NCBI GenBank assembly: GCA_964016885.1
Contig: OZ024740.1
Span: 239,506,001 to 239,570,000 of the forward strand
From: Eledone cirrhosa
Taxonomy: Eukaryota
Reading direction: 5' to 3'
Length of the DNA: 64,000 bases
Both the position numbers and the translations under genes were made by a program. This document shows positions 47,216-60,716 of this stretch, one piece after another (position 1 is the stretch's first letter; every line of letters starts with the position of its first letter). The notes under the pieces were generated by a model. The model was not told the DNA's origin. It did not search any database and saw only the letters and a program-made list of their open reading frames with translations.

Positions 47216-47691
47216 TTCTATACACACCCATACCCCCCACACATATATTTTACTTTTTTTCTGTTTCTGAACTACGCCCATGCTGGAGCATCACCTTGGT
47301 AAGTTATGGGGACGTCAACAAACCAACAAGCATTGGTGGGAGGGCAAACACAAACGCAAAGACACACACAGACATATATACATATATACGACGGGCTTCT
47401 TTTAGTTTCGGTCTATCAGATCCACTCACAGGGCTTTGGTCGGCACGGGCAGTCGGACTGAACCCGGAAATATGTGGTTGGGAAGCAAGCTTCTTGTCAC
47501 ACTGCGTATATATATATATATATATATATACATATATAAAAGAGAAATAGGATTTCGCTTCAAGCATAGCTTTATACAATATGTATAAATATTTCGTATC
47601 TCCAAAGAAATACGGTTTTAGGAAGCCGTAGCTATGCAAACACCGGGGGGCTAACGCCCTCCGGTGATGTCCAGCAGAAGCAAAGGAGACA

Positions 47692-47735
47692 ACCGTCTAT
47701 GCATTTCAGGCTTAACTGGCCTTCGTCAGGACGGT
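47692..47735 (-). ncRNA. Minimal type I hammerhead (left arm of fold-back 47578-48113)
   Basis: Reverse complement: ACCGTC-CTGACGA-AGGC cagttaa GCCT-GAAA-TGCA-TA-GACGGT. Confidence 0.85.
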
Positions 47736-47952
47736 CCCTCCCACCGCTGGCGACAGCTGGACTAGAAGACAGGCAAGAATATATACTTTTCTCGTCTGTG
47801 TAAATGAGGTGATTAATCTCATTTTTTATTATAAGTTGAGCCAACTTATGCAGCTTCATATGCAAATGAGATTAATCACCTCATTTACACAGACGAGAAA
47901 AGTATATATTCTTGCCTGTCTTCTAGTCCAGCAGTCGCAAGTGGTGGGAGAG

Positions 47953-47996
47953 ACCGTCCTGACGAAGGCCAGTTAAGCCTGAAATGCATAGACGGT
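47953..47996 (+). ncRNA. Minimal type I hammerhead (right arm)
   Basis: ACCGTC-CTGACGA-AGGC cagttaa GCCT-GAAA-TGCA-TA-GACGGT; perfect stems, ATGCAT palindrome. Confidence 0.85.
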
Positions 47997-48110
47997 TATC
48001 CCCCTTGCTTCTGCTGGACATCACCAGAGGGCGTTAGCCCCCCCCCCCGGTATTTGCATAGCTACGGCTTCCTAAAACCGTATTTCTTTGGAGATACGAA
48101 ATATTTATAC

Positions 48111-48141
<31 letters not shown>

Positions 48142-48142
48142 T

Positions 48143-48173
<31 letters not shown>

Positions 48174-48658
48174 ACCTTACACACTTAAATATAAATGCAT
48201 GTATATATATAAATGTATAAATGCATAGCTATATACATAAGTAAATGTATGTATGTATGTTTGTAGATTTATATATATGAATGTATGTATGTAGATTTAT
48301 ATATATATATATAAATCTATATATATATACATACATATATATGTATGTAGATTTATATATATATATATGTACGTATATACATTTATATATATATATATAT
48401 ATACAGTATATATATATATATATATATAAATCTACATACATTTACGTATGTATATAGCTACGCATTTATACATTTGTATATATACATGCATTTATATTTA
48501 TGTGTGTAAGGATGTTGATGTTCTTTTTTGGTAAGGAGAAAAATTTTGTCGCCAGATTTTATTACCTAGGGAGATTAAATACCACACCTCTAGCTGAAAG
48601 CTGACCAGGTTCTCAACCTCATCAAACCCTACCGCCAGCCTGTGTGTGTATATATATA

Positions 48659-48691
<33 letters not shown>

Positions 48692-49372
48692 ATGTGTGTG
48701 TATGTTCACAACCATTGCCTCTTTTTGTTGTCTTTTCTGTTGAAGTAGCCCTCATTTTAATTCTCTTTCATTTCTTTTGTTTTTCTCTTATCTCCCTAGG
48801 GAATTCGTTGACAAGCTTCTTTTATTTATTTTCTTCATTTTCTTCATTCAAATCCATTCACACTGGCTGTCTAAGCGACGTACAAATATGACTCATAAAA
48901 CTTAGCAAACTAAAGGGGCTTCTAGCGCCCCCAAAGTTTCAAACGCCTCCGTAACGCACCCTTACTGCCTAACGCCCCCCCCCCCCCTGGAGCTACGAAA
49001 CATATGCCCCCGTTGAGAACCTTTGTTCTAGGCCAAAGGTTCTCAACGGGGGCATATCCCCCCACCCCCGGGAGAGTTTCGTAGCTCCAGTGAATTTCCA
49101 ACCGATAAGGTATGATTTTTATAAAACAAACTTTGTATTTTATCTGATGAGTGCGTACCAATGTTGTCTTTGTTACCCTTGAAATATATATAATATAATA
49201 TATATGGTTTTATAAATATAGTTTCCATTTATTTAATATCATTGTATATATATATATAAATATATATATATGTATATATAAATCTACATACATACATATA
49301 TAAACAAGGTTTAGCAAATAATGAAAAAGTTTCAAAATAAATTTTAAAAAATTGACTTTACCTACTATAGTT

Positions 49373-49455
49373 ACCTTTACCGATCGGTTTCGAATCCCAA
49401 AAATAAACGGAGGCCATACGGCCTTCCTTGCAAAGAAAGATTCTCGTCAGAAGGT
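49373..49455 (-). ncRNA. Type I hammerhead ribozyme, long stem-loop II
   Basis: Reverse complement: ACCTT-CTGACGA-GAATC...GATTC-GAAAC-CGATCG-GTA-AAGGT; a core-truncated duplicate lies at 49858-49920. Confidence 0.85.
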
Positions 49456-50235
49456 TCTTTTCATTCGAAGAATATAAAATTCTTGAATTTAAATTACGAA
49501 CTAGCGCTATCCAAAACTGTTCTCGAGATGAGAGTGAATGAAGTGGAATCAATTTTTTCAAGGGCCGAAGTAAAGATAGAGGCAGAGGGAGGTAGGTCAA
49601 CCGGCCGCAACTATCACTAGCAGCAGTCGGAACGACCAAATTTGCTTCTCAACAATAGAGGAGAATAGTAATAATAGGATATGTGTTCCTTCACGCACAA
49701 GGCGCTAAGGGACGCATGTATTGTCCAACCAAATGCCAATGTGGTTCAATGGCAGGTTAATAAATTAACGAGCCAGAACATATATAAACAAGGTTTAGTA
49801 AATAATGAAAAAGTTTCAAAATAAATTTTAAAAAAATTGACTTTACCTACTATAGTTACCTTTACCGATCGGTTTCGAATCCCAAAAATAAACGGAGGCC
49901 ATTGCAAAGAAAGATTCTCGATCAAAAGCATGTATTGAGTTAGAAACTCAAAATAGTCTCATTACAGTTATATATATATATAAATCTACATACATACATA
50001 TATACATACATTTACGTATGTATATAGCTATGCATTTATACATTTGTATATATACATGCATTTATATTTAAGTGTGTAAGGTTATATATATATATAGATG
50101 TGTGTGTGTGGGTGTAATATATATATTATACACACACACATATATATGTATATATATGTATATATATATATATGTATATATATTATAATAAAATGACAGG
50201 AGGCTGGACTTGTATAAATCCTTGAAAGGTTTATT

Positions 50236-50293
50236 ATACTATGATCATTTCAATTACCAGGTTCCGTATGAATCCGGTGATATCATCAGGTAT
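50236..50293 (-). ncRNA. Minimal type I hammerhead
   Basis: Reverse complement: ATAC-CTGATGA-tATcACCGG...CTGGTaATt-GAAA-TGATCA-TA-GTAT. Confidence 0.78.
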
Positions 50294-52535
50294 TCGAAAT
50301 ACAATAAATGAATGTAATAGATAAAATCCATGTGGCTGAAAATCCATGTATTTTTTACTCCTCTTATTCGGACTTTTACTCGCTTGTACCCATTAGCACA
50401 CAACACTAGAATGTCTCCCCCTGAGAACAAAAATACTGCAACCTGAACTATATTGTATTTCTCCTGTGTTTTGATCTCTCCATTTACTCCACCACCACTC
50501 TTGTTTGTTTATTTATATCTTTCTACCTTTGCTTTATTAATGTGCTTTTTCCACGTATTCTACTTATATATATCCATATATATTTTAAAATCCATGGGGC
50601 TGAAAATCATAGACCGGGGGACGACCGACCATTTAGCATCTTCCACTTTAGCCGGTCGCCCTCAAGTGCTGCCTATTCGGTCTACTTGAGGCCATCTGGT
50701 GAGGGGGATAAAGCTTATAGTGTGCTACTTCCCTCCCGGTCAAATAGAAGAAAAACAGAAAGGGAGAGGAAGATAAGTCAGCGTTAATATCATGCTACAC
50801 GAAAAAAGACAGAAAGAAGGGGGAAGAAAAGGAAGAAGAATAAAAGTCAGCGTTAATGTCGAACTACAAGAAGAAAGACAGAAAGAAAGAGGAAGAAAAG
50901 TCCGTACTAATGTCAAGCTAGTCAGGCCAGCAATGGCGCGAAAAAAATGTATTCTAAAGGACCCGTATCTTAACAGAGGTAAATATAGTGGGGGTCTGGA
51001 TGTTATAATGTGTGAGCAGAAGATTGGAACGTTAAATTTTTGTTTAGATCTATAGGATGAAGTTACAAAAATTTAATATTTAATATTAACATTATAAAAT
51101 TAAAGAAATTAGAAAATTGAAAATTAAACAGTTTAAAATTTTTAAGGTTTTGGTTGCGAGGTTTAAGTAAAGAAAGAGTCTTTTATGAAGAAACTTAAAT
51201 TGTATTATAGAGTAAAGATTATGTCTTTGTTTAGCAGTCAAACAGCATGCGGCGACTGCAGGCTCCGTCGGCCAAACCTTACCGCGTGTCAGCCCTTCCG
51301 AGTGAGATCGCCTAGCGAAAGATATGGAAATCAATTTTTCCAAGCACTCTAGGAATGTATAACAGGCTTCAGGTGGGCCAGTGGGAAGTCAGCCCTCATC
51401 GTTAGGCCATCCTTGTACCAAACCAGTACTATTAATTTACCCAGGAGGGGGATTTGTTTAAGTAGAGGGAGGCGTGATACAACTAATAGTTCTGATTAGG
51501 TCTCCAATTTAAAGGTACTATATGGCGGTCAAAAAACTGGCTGCGCGCCAGGCCCCTGGGGCGAATCAATCTGCTCCGAGTAGTTTCATTTACCGAAAGA
51601 AGGGGAAATTTACTTTTCCAAGCACTCAAGGTAGGCCTATGCGCCAGGAGGCCGGTCCCGCAGCCGGGAAAACCAACCCACCAGTCCGACAGAAAATTGG
51701 AACGTTAAATTATTGTTTAGATTTATAGGATGAAGTTTAAAAAATTAAAGATTAACATTATAAAATTAAAGAGTTAGAAAATTGAGAATTAAACAGTTTA
51801 ACATTTTTTTATGGTTTTGGGTTGCGAGGTTTAGTTAAAGAGAGAGTCTTTTATGAAGAAACTTTAATTGTATTATAGAGATCCTCTATAAGTTATCCTA
51901 GTGGGATTTAGAGTAAAGGATATGTCCTTGTTTAGCAGTCCGACAGCATGTGGCGACTGCAAACCCCCGCCAGCCCACCCAAATCATATGTCAGCCATTC
52001 CGAGTGAAATCCCCTAGCGAAAGATATGGAAATCAATTATTCCAAGCACTCGAGGAATGTATTCCAGGCTTCGGGTGTGCTAGTGGGGAGTCACCCATCG
52101 TCGTTACGTCGTCTTTATGCCAAACGGGTACTATTAATTTATATAGGAGAGTCCGGGTAATATTTATTTTAGTTCTCAGAGGGAGACATTCTAGTGTCGT
52201 GTGCTAATGGGTACAAGCGAGTAGATGTCCTAATAAGAGGAGTAAAAGATACATGGATATATATAAGTAGAATACGTGGAAAAAGCACATTAATAAAGCA
52301 AAGGTAGAAAGATATAAATAAACAAACAAGAGTGATGGTGGAGTAAATGGAGAGATCAAATCACAGGAGAAATACAATATAGTTCAGGTTGCAGTATTTT
52401 TGTTCTCAGGGGGATACATTCTAGTGTCGTGTGCTAAAGGGTACAAGCGAGTAGAGTCCTAATAAGAGGAGTAAAAAATACATGGATTTTCAGCCCCATG
52501 GATTTTATCTATTACATTCATTTATTGTATTTCGA

Positions 52536-52593
52536 ATACCTGATGATATCACCGGATTCATACGGAACCTGGTAATTGAAATGATCATACTAT
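52536..52593 (+). ncRNA. Minimal type I hammerhead (one stem I mismatch)
   Basis: ATAC-CTGATGA-...-GAAA-TGATCA-TA-cTAT. Confidence 0.7.
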
Positions 52594-53534
52594 AATAAAC
52601 CTTTCAAGGATTTATACAAGTCCAGCCTCCTGTCATTTTATTATAATATTTAACTCCGTACTAGCACCACCAACTACAAAAACGAAGACGGTTGAACTGC
52701 CTTACGTTGAGTACTCTCCATATTATTACATTAAGATTGACCATACGGAATTGACCAGCTCTATCCAGTGGTGAACCTACAAACCTGAATAAATATATAT
52801 ATATATATATATACGCAGTGTGACAAGAAGCTTGCTTCCCAACCACATATTTCCGGGTTCAGTGCCCCTGCGCTGGCCGACCAAAGCCCTGTGAGTGGAT
52901 TTGATAGACCAAAACTAAAAGAATCCCGTCGTATATATGTATAAATGTCTATATGTGTCTTTGCGTTTGTGTTTGCCCTCCCACCAATGCTTGTTGGTTT
53001 GTTGACGTCCCCATAACTTACCAAGGTGATGCTCCAGCACGGGCGTAGTCCAGAGACAGAAAAAAAGTAAAATATGTGTGTGTGTCTGTGTGTAGAAGAG
53101 GCGTCTCAAACTCAAGGATACAAAAGGGCCATTACGTCCTGGAGTAGAGGCACAGTGGGCCAAACGTGGTGGTGGGTGAAGATTTTCACCAGTTATAATT
53201 ATTTCTACTATAGGAAGAAGGCATGAAATTTGGGGTTTAGGGTTTAGTCGATTGCATCTATCCTAGTACACAACTGGTATTCAATTCATCGACCCCAAAA
53301 GGATGAAAGGCAAAGTTGAGATCGGCGGAATTTGAACTCAGAACATAAAAACGGAAGAAGTACTGTTAAGCAATTCGCCAGATGTGCTAATGATTCCACC
53401 AGCTCGCCGCCTTATTTTCACCAGTTATAATGCAATATGAAATATTGGTTCACATGGACCACAGAAAAATAGTTCGCGGGCCGCATGTTTGAGCCCCCTG
53501 TTGGAGATAGATAGATAGATAGATAGATGTGTAC

Positions 53535-53571
<37 letters not shown>

Positions 53572-53610
53572 TTCTTACACTCTCTCTACCTCCCTCTTTC
53601 TCTCTTCATT

Positions 53611-53657
<47 letters not shown>

Positions 53658-53701
53658 AAGTTAAATAAAAGTCAAATGATTAAAATTTAGCTTCGTTTAT
53701 T

Positions 53702-53756
53702 ACTGCTATATATATTTCAGTGACAGCCATCTTTGGCTGTGACCTCTTCAGGCAGT
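53702..53756 (-). ncRNA. Minimal type I hammerhead
   Basis: Reverse complement: ACTGC-CTGAAGA-GGTcACAGCCA aaga TGGCTGTcACT-GAAA-TATATA-TA-GCAGT. Confidence 0.85.
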
Positions 53757-53977
53757 TTGAATTAGTATGGTATAGACAAGTACATATGTTGTTTAGGTGT
53801 ATGATATTGTCAATACTCTGATATGCCCAGTTCCTTGCTGGGTTGTTAATTCACTGGGGAACTGGAGTCATATGAATTCAAACAAACGAATCTCCGGAGT
53901 AACCAAACCAACCTGCGCACTTCGTCGAGTGCTCCAGCCTGCATACTGAGGTGTTGGTATACAACCAACATAAACTC

Positions 53978-54077
<100 letters not shown>

Positions 54078-55439
54078 ATTAAAATAACAGATTAAAGTTT
54101 AAGCAAAGAATCGCTGCTTTCACCCTTAACGGGATCTTCTGAAACTAACAAAGTCAATCTGTAAACGCAGAAGTGGATATTTAAAAAAACGTTGCAACCG
54201 GAGGAAGACAGGAAGACGATACTTTGGTTCGTGGATGTGTTCCCTGGCAAAGAACAGGAAAAAACAAATATAATACGTCATTAATAGGAGCGGTGAAAAA
54301 CAATTACACGCAAAGACAGAACCACGTTTATGATATAAAAGAAGTCGTAGACTAATGTTTATTATTATTATTTAATAATTTATTATTATTACTATATATA
54401 TATATATATATATATAGTGTGCGTGTGTGTGTGTGTGGTGGTGGTGGGGGGGGGGGGGGTTGAGATAACAACGCCCCCCGCCCCACACACACCCACGTGT
54501 GGCTGGACGGTCGCTTTAGATTCTCTTCGAGTTGTATGAAATGTATAGCCTTACACACGCTGATGAACTATGGGTTAATCATTTCTGTCAATAACTTATT
54601 TGGCGAAACAGATCTTTTGGATGTGTACGTGTGTGTTAGATATTTATCGTAGTATCTATTTACACTTTAATTTATACTTTTAATTATTGTGTCTACTCTG
54701 CCTTACATGGGCTATAGAATTCCATACACTGGTGGTTTTTTCCTGTTTGACTGATGGCGCACTATCTCTCTCTCTAGTGTGTTATCTTTTCTACATATTG
54801 TATTATATATATATATATATGTGTGTGGGTGGGGGGCGTTGTTATTTGGCGTTGTTGAAAAGAGCAGTGGCTTTTGTCCTGGCAATAAAAAACTGTAGAT
54901 AAAATTCTTTCGGTACCCAAACCAAGGCACACACACACACACAAGTTTGTGTGTGTGTATGTATATGTGTGTCTGTGTGTGTGTGTGTGCGTGCGCGTCT
55001 AAGTGTGTGTGTGTGTGTCTGTGTACCTATCCATGTATATATATATATATATAAGGGATACAAATACTACTTTCTCACTGTCACCAAGCTTCTCAATTCA
55101 TTCGTTGCTAAGTATTTTATTTTGCTACGAGGTATTTTATTTTGCAAGTTACTATTTTTCCCTGAGTTTGTGATTTCAGAGAAAGGTAAGAAACTCTTCA
55201 TATTTTACAACTTTTGTATTTTGACTTTACAGTTTGAATTGTAGAATTGTTTATTCAATCAAAATATTACAACAGCTCACAGTGACATATAGAATTTTAA
55301 AAAAAGCTTTTTCGACTGAAATCAAATCTTTGAGAACATTCACGTCTATTTTTCAAAAATATATAATTTGAAATAGTTTGCTTTTCTTTTAGACTGAAAC
55401 TTTTTTTGTATTTAATTCGTACGGATATTTTTTAAAGAT

Positions 55440-56573
55440 CTTTTTAAAGATTCTAACATAACTTGATTTGGCCCATTACGTGCACTGCGGCATTCATATT
55501 TCTCAACTTATTATAGCTAAGTCCGTACAACAAGCTTCACTTATCAAAAATGTTCTAGGTTACGTGAATGAATTGCAGAAACTATATAGTACATCAGGGA
55601 AATTTAAGCACGCGTATTTATCACCACATGATGAAGAAAATGAAGTATCGTCACCACGCTCCTTAAAATCTGTGCCCTACTCGATGGCTAACACGACTTT
55701 CTGCAGTCAAAGCCCTTCTTGACAATTATTCAGATGTCCCTATTTCTTTACAAGAGGCAACAAATGAGTTTGGCACCAACATTGCATCCAGAGCTAATGT
55801 TATTCTTACGTGTCACTCTCCGGGCCAATGTGTTCTTGGATTGCACGACGTTGTAGTTCCATTACTTCAATTCCTTGAAGGATTGAAGAAATCTTTTCAA
55901 AGTACCACCTTCAATCTAGGTAGCATGTTGCATAGTTTCAAACTGGTGCAGGAGGAGCTAAAAAATCTACGCAGTGAAGAAAAATTTCAGGAGCTGTTCA
56001 ATACAGCAGAAAAAAATGATTTATCAACTCGATATTTCTCCTTTAGAGCTACCCAGGCAACGAAAAGTTCCTAAAAGATACCAGGGAGGAAATGCGTTAA
56101 AATATCAACACTGCACTGCTTTGGATCATTACAGAGTGCAGTATTTGCAGGTAGTGGATACTGCAATATCAAATTTGAAAGATTATTTTTTTTCACAGGA
56201 TTTAGCAGATTATGAAAAACTGAGCAAAGGAACGAAATACTTTTTTATAGAAATCATCATAATGGATCATCTCTCGAGGATCATCGTAAAATATTCGGTG
56301 AAATGCAATCAGAAGTCCGTCGCATGTTTCTAAATGTTGAGCGATTGCTCAGGCTACTTTTAATGTTTCCAACCAGTTCTTGTGAAGCTTAAAGATTTTT
56401 TAGCGCTCTGCAGAGACTCAAAACTTGGTTGCGATCGACCATGACTCACCAAAGGTTGAATCATATTCTAATATGCCACGTTCATAGAGATGTTTTGAAA
56501 AAGATTAGTTGTGAAGAAGTTGCTAAATTATTTATTGACAGCAATGATGCGAGATATGATAAATTTAGAAAGT
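55440..56573 (+). pseudogene. Tip100/ZMYM1-like hAT transposase fragment (mirror of 38900-39945)
   Basis: HYVHCGIHISQL (CxxH motif), LKKSFQS, YRVQYLQVVDTAISNL, SSCEA..FSALQRLKTWLRSTMT. Confidence 0.82.
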
Positions 56574-57487
56574 TAAAGAGTTAGCTAAACTCCATGAAGC
56601 TCAAGGGACCCATTGAAACGAGGTCAAAGTAAGTCAATTTTTTATTTGTAGTTGCAGTCTGACTGGACTGGAAACCATCTACTACAATTCACTTACTCAT
56701 TTGTTGTATATATTTTACCGTTTACTAATGAATATACCCTCTTACGTGGTCATGAAAACCCTCTTTTGTTGTTTCTAAGCTCACAAAGCGGAGGGGACAT
56801 CAAGTTAGATATCAACATTTATTCTGTCCGTTTCATTAAAGAGAAAATTGGAAAGCTTTGAAATAATACAATTGCCACTTTCTTCCAGATAAGAGTACTC
56901 TTTGGATAGACAGAGTTGCTCCTTGTATAAATATTTAAAATAGCTGGTATCGTCTGGTGGGAATATAACAACTTCAACTGGTCCTTATTCATAAAAAAGA
57001 ACATTTATGTTCCTTTTTTTGAAATTTATATACTTCCTTTCAAGGAATGTATTTATACTTTCAACTGCCTGCAATGGTATCTTTGGAATATCGTTAATCA
57101 ATTTTTTAGTAATCTACTGATATCAAAATTAGTAGTATATTGAAAAATGGAAAAATAGAGTAGGGGGCGTTTCGTGATTTCGAGAGGCAAAAGGGGGCGT
57201 TTGGCCGAAATGGGTTGAGAACATAGCGAATGTGTTCTTCAAAAGTAACCATCTTTTAGCGTTGTAAAGTTCACATTTCCAGATTCCGTTCCAGCCTGCA
57301 TCGTTTTGCTATCCACCAGTTGGTGCCCCGGCATGACGCAGTCTGATGACTGAAACCATTAAAATGATATATACATACTTACATTCATACATACACACAG
57401 AAACATGATATATATATATGACACCTCGTCCATTCTTATTAAACACACACATATATATATAGTGAGAGAGAGAGAGACAGAGCGAGA

Positions 57488-57588
<101 letters not shown>

Positions 57589-58144
57589 AAACATAGACGA
57601 TAAATAGATAGATATATCGATAGATAAATAGAATAAATGTCGAGTAGTTAGTAAGTATTTCATATTGAGAACTTGATTAATCTAAATTTTCAAATTTTCC
57701 TGAAGCGCTTCAAGTATATAGTTCTTTTATTGTATTGTTGGAACTGTTTCCTTCAAGAATTTCCATAAAACTCTGTTTGTATTGTTCAGTATATATTTTT
57801 ACTGCACATTCATATTTCTATCTTTGTCTTTCTGGTTTCATTGTACATCGGCCGTCGGCTGTTTGTAGCTGTTTGACGTCAAACTTTTTCATACATAGTA
57901 AATGATAAAGGCTATCCTTAAGGCTACTGTAATGATGAAATATCAACTGTTGTAGTCTTTCCGTTGACTGTCTATGTGATTTGTTATTTGAGTCATGTAA
58001 GATACGAATTGGTAGGGTCGATAGTGTGTCAGACAGCGTACTTGGAGGTATTTCTTTTGATTCTGCATGTTTTTAGTTCAAATTCTAACTGTCAATTAAA
58101 TACTAGTGCCTGCTCTTCCACCAAATCGCTTTCTCACATATCCC

Positions 58145-58176
<32 letters not shown>

Positions 58177-58329
58177 GTGTCTCTCTCTCTTTCTGCCTCT
58201 CCCTCTGGCTTTCTCTTTCTCTGGAAGAAATAGGCCATGTCCCAAACTGGAGAAAGATGAGCTTACACCAATTTTAAAAATTCGCCGCATGTAACGACAG
58301 TGCCAATACGACTCCATCAGGGGTTCAAG

Positions 58330-58772
58330 AAAGATGGCTGTATTTGTTTATTTATATATTTGTGTGTATATGACTTGGAAACTCTGTTAAAATCCTATGT
58401 ATCAGCCATGATTTGGAAACTCTGTTAAAAATTCTATGTATCAGCCATGACTTAGAAACTCTGTTAAAATTCTATGTATCAGAAAGATGGCTGTATTTGT
58501 TTATTTATATATTTGTGTGTATGTGACTTGGAATCTCTATTAAAATTCTATGTATCAACCACGAGAAGATTTCCGTTATCTCTACGCGTGAAAATCATTA
58601 CTCTACGTGGATTCTTAAAGATAAGTTTTGCTTTCTCCATATCTCCAAAATTATGTCAAATAGTGATAGTGAAAGCTCTCACTTTTCGTAAAGATGGCGG
58701 TATTTGTTTATTTTATATATTTGTGTGTATGTGACTTGGAAACTCTGTTAACATTCTATGTAGTATCAGCCA
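58330..58772 (+). repeat. Local direct repeats with about 39-bp subunits
   Basis: AAGATGGCTGTATTTGTTTA... three times; TTGGAAACTCTGTTAAAAT.CTATGTATCAGCCATGA about five times. Confidence 0.85.
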
Positions 58773-58789
58773 TTACGGTTCTCTCTACG

Positions 58790-59655
58790 GGGTAGAGAAG
58801 TCCCCTAAGTCCAGTAAGACAATTTCCCTAGTGTTGGTGGCACGAATAAAAACACCCAGTCCATGTTGTAAAATGGAAGGGTGGATAGGGCCCCTGAGTC
58901 CAGTAAGACGACTTCTCTAGTGCTGGGGGCAAGAATAAAAGCACTCAGTCCATGCTGTAAAATGGAGGGGTGGATAGGGCCCCTGCGTCCAGTAAGACGA
59001 TCTCTCTAGTGCTGGTGGCACGAATAAATGCACCCAGTCCATGCTGTAAAGTGGTGCTGGTGTTAGGAAGGGCATCCAACCAGTATAATAAATGCCAAAA
59101 TTATGAGCACAACAAATAAGAATTGCAACAACTGCGTCACCAGCAATAATACTAACCATGTTAAGGCTGCGCACGGTAGTGGGGTGGCTAGTGAGGCCAT
59201 GCGTGAGAGCCCCACGGCCGTCATCAGGCAATCGCACGACAGGAAAAAGAACGAGACGTCGCATCTCAGAGTTGCCACACTTAATGTTGGCACTCTAACA
59301 GGTAGATCTGATGAGATGCTGGAGAGAAGGCATGTGATTGTGTGCTGTGTGCAAGAGGTGAGATGGAGAGGTGCCTCTGCAAGACTAATCACAGGCAAAC
59401 ATCGTAGTTATAAGCTTTTCTGGGTGGGTAATGATGATGGGTTAGGTGGGGTGCGCATATTACTGGCTGAGAGCCATCTCTCAGCCAGTAAGGTAATAAA
59501 GGTAGTTAGAGTTATTAATAGAATACTTAAGCTTAGATTAGTTGACGACTGACAATCATCTCTGCCTATGCTCTCCGGGCAGGCCTAGGTAAAGAAGAGA
59601 AAGACTGCTTTTACGAGCAACTTTTACAAACAGCCTCAATGACAGAGAACAGAGA
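58790..59655 (+). pseudogene. 5' part of an RTE LINE: triplicated UTR segment plus AP endonuclease N-terminus
   Basis: Three about 90-bp repeats (GTCCAGTAAGAC...CAGTCCATG.TGTAAA), AGGAAGGGCATCC motif, then LRVATLNVGTLTGRS..CCVQEVRWRG..YKLFWVG..IISAYAP. Confidence 0.82.
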
Positions 59656-59967
59656 CATTGACATACGTACTTATATATATATGTGTGTGCGTATGTATAT
59701 ATATACATACATGGACATATATATATATGTACATCTGTATACATATATGTATGTATGTATACATACATACTTACATTTACGTACCAGCCGTACTAAGAAT
59801 GAGTAATGAAATTTCGTTTCATTCTTTTCCATTTATATATATATATATATATATAACGAAGGAAATGTGGTAAGGAACCAGGTGGACCATAACGCACCAA
59901 AGTACTCAATACTTGAGGTAGTAGAGTGGGTAATAGGAACCAGTAAGGGGTCGGGGTCTTACTGGTT

Positions 59968-60056
<89 letters not shown>

Positions 60057-60170
60057 ATATATAAATGGAAAAGAATGAAACGAAATTTCATTTATCACTC
60101 TTAGTACGGCTGGTACTTAAATGTATGTATGTATGTATGTATGTATGTATGTATGTATGTATGTATACGT

Positions 60171-60283
<113 letters not shown>

Positions 60284-60590
60284 TGTATATACATATATGT
60301 ATATATAAATGGAATAGAATGAAACGAAATTTCATTTCTCATTCTTAGTCCGGCACTTACTTAAATGTAAGTATGTATGTATGTATACTTACATACATAT
60401 ATGTATACAGACGTACAGTAGTACGTATATATATACACACATGCACACATATATATATGTACGTATGGGTTTACCGAACAATTATTATAATGCTCGGTTT
60501 GTTTTGTTTGTAAACAAACAAACAGCCCGAATTACGCCGTACAGTGTTCAGGCAACCATCTTCACCTTTTTGTTCAACACTGACACACGA

Positions 60591-60633
60591 ACGATGTACT
60601 AGCTTCAAGCTAATTAGCTATCGTCAGCATCGT
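60591..60633 (-). ncRNA. Minimal type I hammerhead (GAAG variant)
   Basis: Reverse complement: ACGATG-CTGACGA-tAGCT aatt AGCTt-GAAG-CTAG-TA-CATCGT; perfect 6-bp stem I. Confidence 0.72.
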
Positions 60634-60634
60634 A

Positions 60635-60716
<82 letters not shown>

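Larger units (their letters stand above)
35562..49025 (-). mobile_element. Composite Buster/Charlie-family hAT transposon (copy 1) with nested insertions
   Basis: TIRs CAAAGGTTCTAAAC (35562) and GTTGAGAACCTTTG (49012-49025); flanking 8-mers ATCTAGGC and TTCTAGGC (7/8 identical, central TA typical of Buster TSDs). Confidence 0.75.
50183..52650. mobile_element. Non-coding element with about 400-bp inverted, HHR-bearing termini (PLE derivative)
   Basis: 50183-50580 is the reverse complement of 52252-52650; internal direct repeat about 51017-51445 / 51689-52145. Confidence 0.7.

Noticed and set aside
50183-52650. This inverted element as the axis of the large palindrome
   Set aside because: The 48130/49975 mirror blocks and the TIR-8bp-TIR junction place the axis at about 49030; this element is a right-arm insertion.
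54553-54628. CTGATGA...GAAAC-AGATCT motif (mirror at 40635-40705); similar weak cases at 34450, 17675, 6670 and 40810
   Set aside because: Stems I and II are too decayed to call; possibly dead HHRs, not counted.
57325-57362. CTGATGA...GAAAC as a hammerhead
   Set aside because: Only 2 nt between the core halves, so no stem II; it resembles a SINE 3' tail.
58330-59050. CRISPR-like repeat array
   Set aside because: Irregular, degenerate tandem duplications without unique spacers; eukaryotic context and no cas genes.
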